Below are positions 63,108 through 64,000 of a DNA stretch of 64,000 nt, one piece after another. A program made the translations under genes and the position numbers. The notes under the pieces were generated by a model. It saw only the letters and a program-made list of their open reading frames with translations. It was not told where the DNA came from and did not search any database. Origin of the DNA: Octopus sinensis (taxonomy: Eukaryota); NCBI RefSeq assembly GCF_006345805.1, contig NC_043009.1, positions 16,678,001-16,742,000 on the forward strand, given 5' to 3'. Position 1 is the first letter of the stretch, and every line of letters starts with the position of its first letter.

Positions 63108-64000
63108 TATTTGTCGACAGTGAAGTACAGGAAGAAGAATTACTCTGCCAATTTTTGTATTTGCTAACATAGATCATTCTATGTTAGCAAATACAAAAAT
63201 TATGCTACTTTTGATATAATCTTTCATTATAAAACTTTTAAGAATCAGTATTACGTGATTAAATAAATCATTAGTAGTATTAAAAAGGGAAAGAGGATAA
63301 GAAAAAAAGCTTTATAGTATTTCACTCCAAACCAAAACGTCATTGTTTGGCTATATTACTCCACTATAAAATGTATGTAAAAACATGTGAATTTAGTAAG
63401 TATGATAATTGTGCAAAAAATGGATGAATTAATTGAGAAAAAGTCATGCATTATGAGAATAAAATTATAGTAGTCAATTGACATGACAAACTTGAAAGAA
63501 ATGGTGCAGAAATGGATCCAGCTGAACAGCAAGCAGGACATCTACAGAAAACCTCTACAATGACCACCAGTTTAATTAACCCTTTCAAACTAGTGATTAT
63601 AGACAATAGATGTTGTGGTTGCATTTCTAATTTCATACTTTTATCTGATTCTGGGTGATTGGCTAAGAGAAAAATATGTTACTCATATAAAGACATTGGT
63701 CATTTCGCAAGTATATGCAAATCAACCAGTCCCACAACTTCAGTAAAATTTCTGTTCGCATTAATATACACAGCAATTAGCATAAATAATCAACGTCGTA
63801 ATTGTGTTAACATCCACTTTTCCATGCTTACATGGATAAGATAGAGTTTGTTCAGATAGATTTTCAACAGTTGGATGCATTTCTTGTCACCAAGTGTCAC
63901 TTATTTCCAAACAAGGTAATATTTTCCTATGACATGTTTTCATAGAAGACTAGTAACAAATGGTACCTATTGTAAAACAGCAACAGTGACATAGGTTTAA

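Larger units (their letters stand above)
51238..64000 (+). repeat. Near-identical direct duplicate of ~28255-40984, running off the window end
   Basis: All SINEs, LINEs, palindromes and candidate exons recur at an offset of ~23.0 kb. Confidence 0.97.

Overview
Eukaryotic, repeat-rich, mostly intronic/intergenic DNA. The SINE, LINE and MITE families look like those of an octopus/coleoid cephalopod (recognised from memory, not searched). The dominant feature is a ~28.5 kb, highly homogeneous 69-bp tandem array (~3577-32112, about 410 units). It lies inside the 3' UTR of a minus-strand RTE-clade LINE and is evidently an amplification of a short double-hairpin repeat that other copies of this LINE in the window carry only 2-3 times. 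The long 'ORFs' over the array are artefacts of a 69-bp (23-codon) unit. The flanks contain decayed RTE LINEs, tRNA-derived SINEs, nested MITEs, a mariner transposase relic, an R2/R4-type endonuclease relic and several candidate minus-strand exons of an unidentified host gene. After a 100-N gap (51138-51237), 51238-64000 repeats ~28255-40984 almost exactly, differing mainly by small indels, which points to an uncollapsed assembly duplicate. No CRISPR array, rRNA or true tRNA gene is supported, and I found no clearly new protein-coding system.
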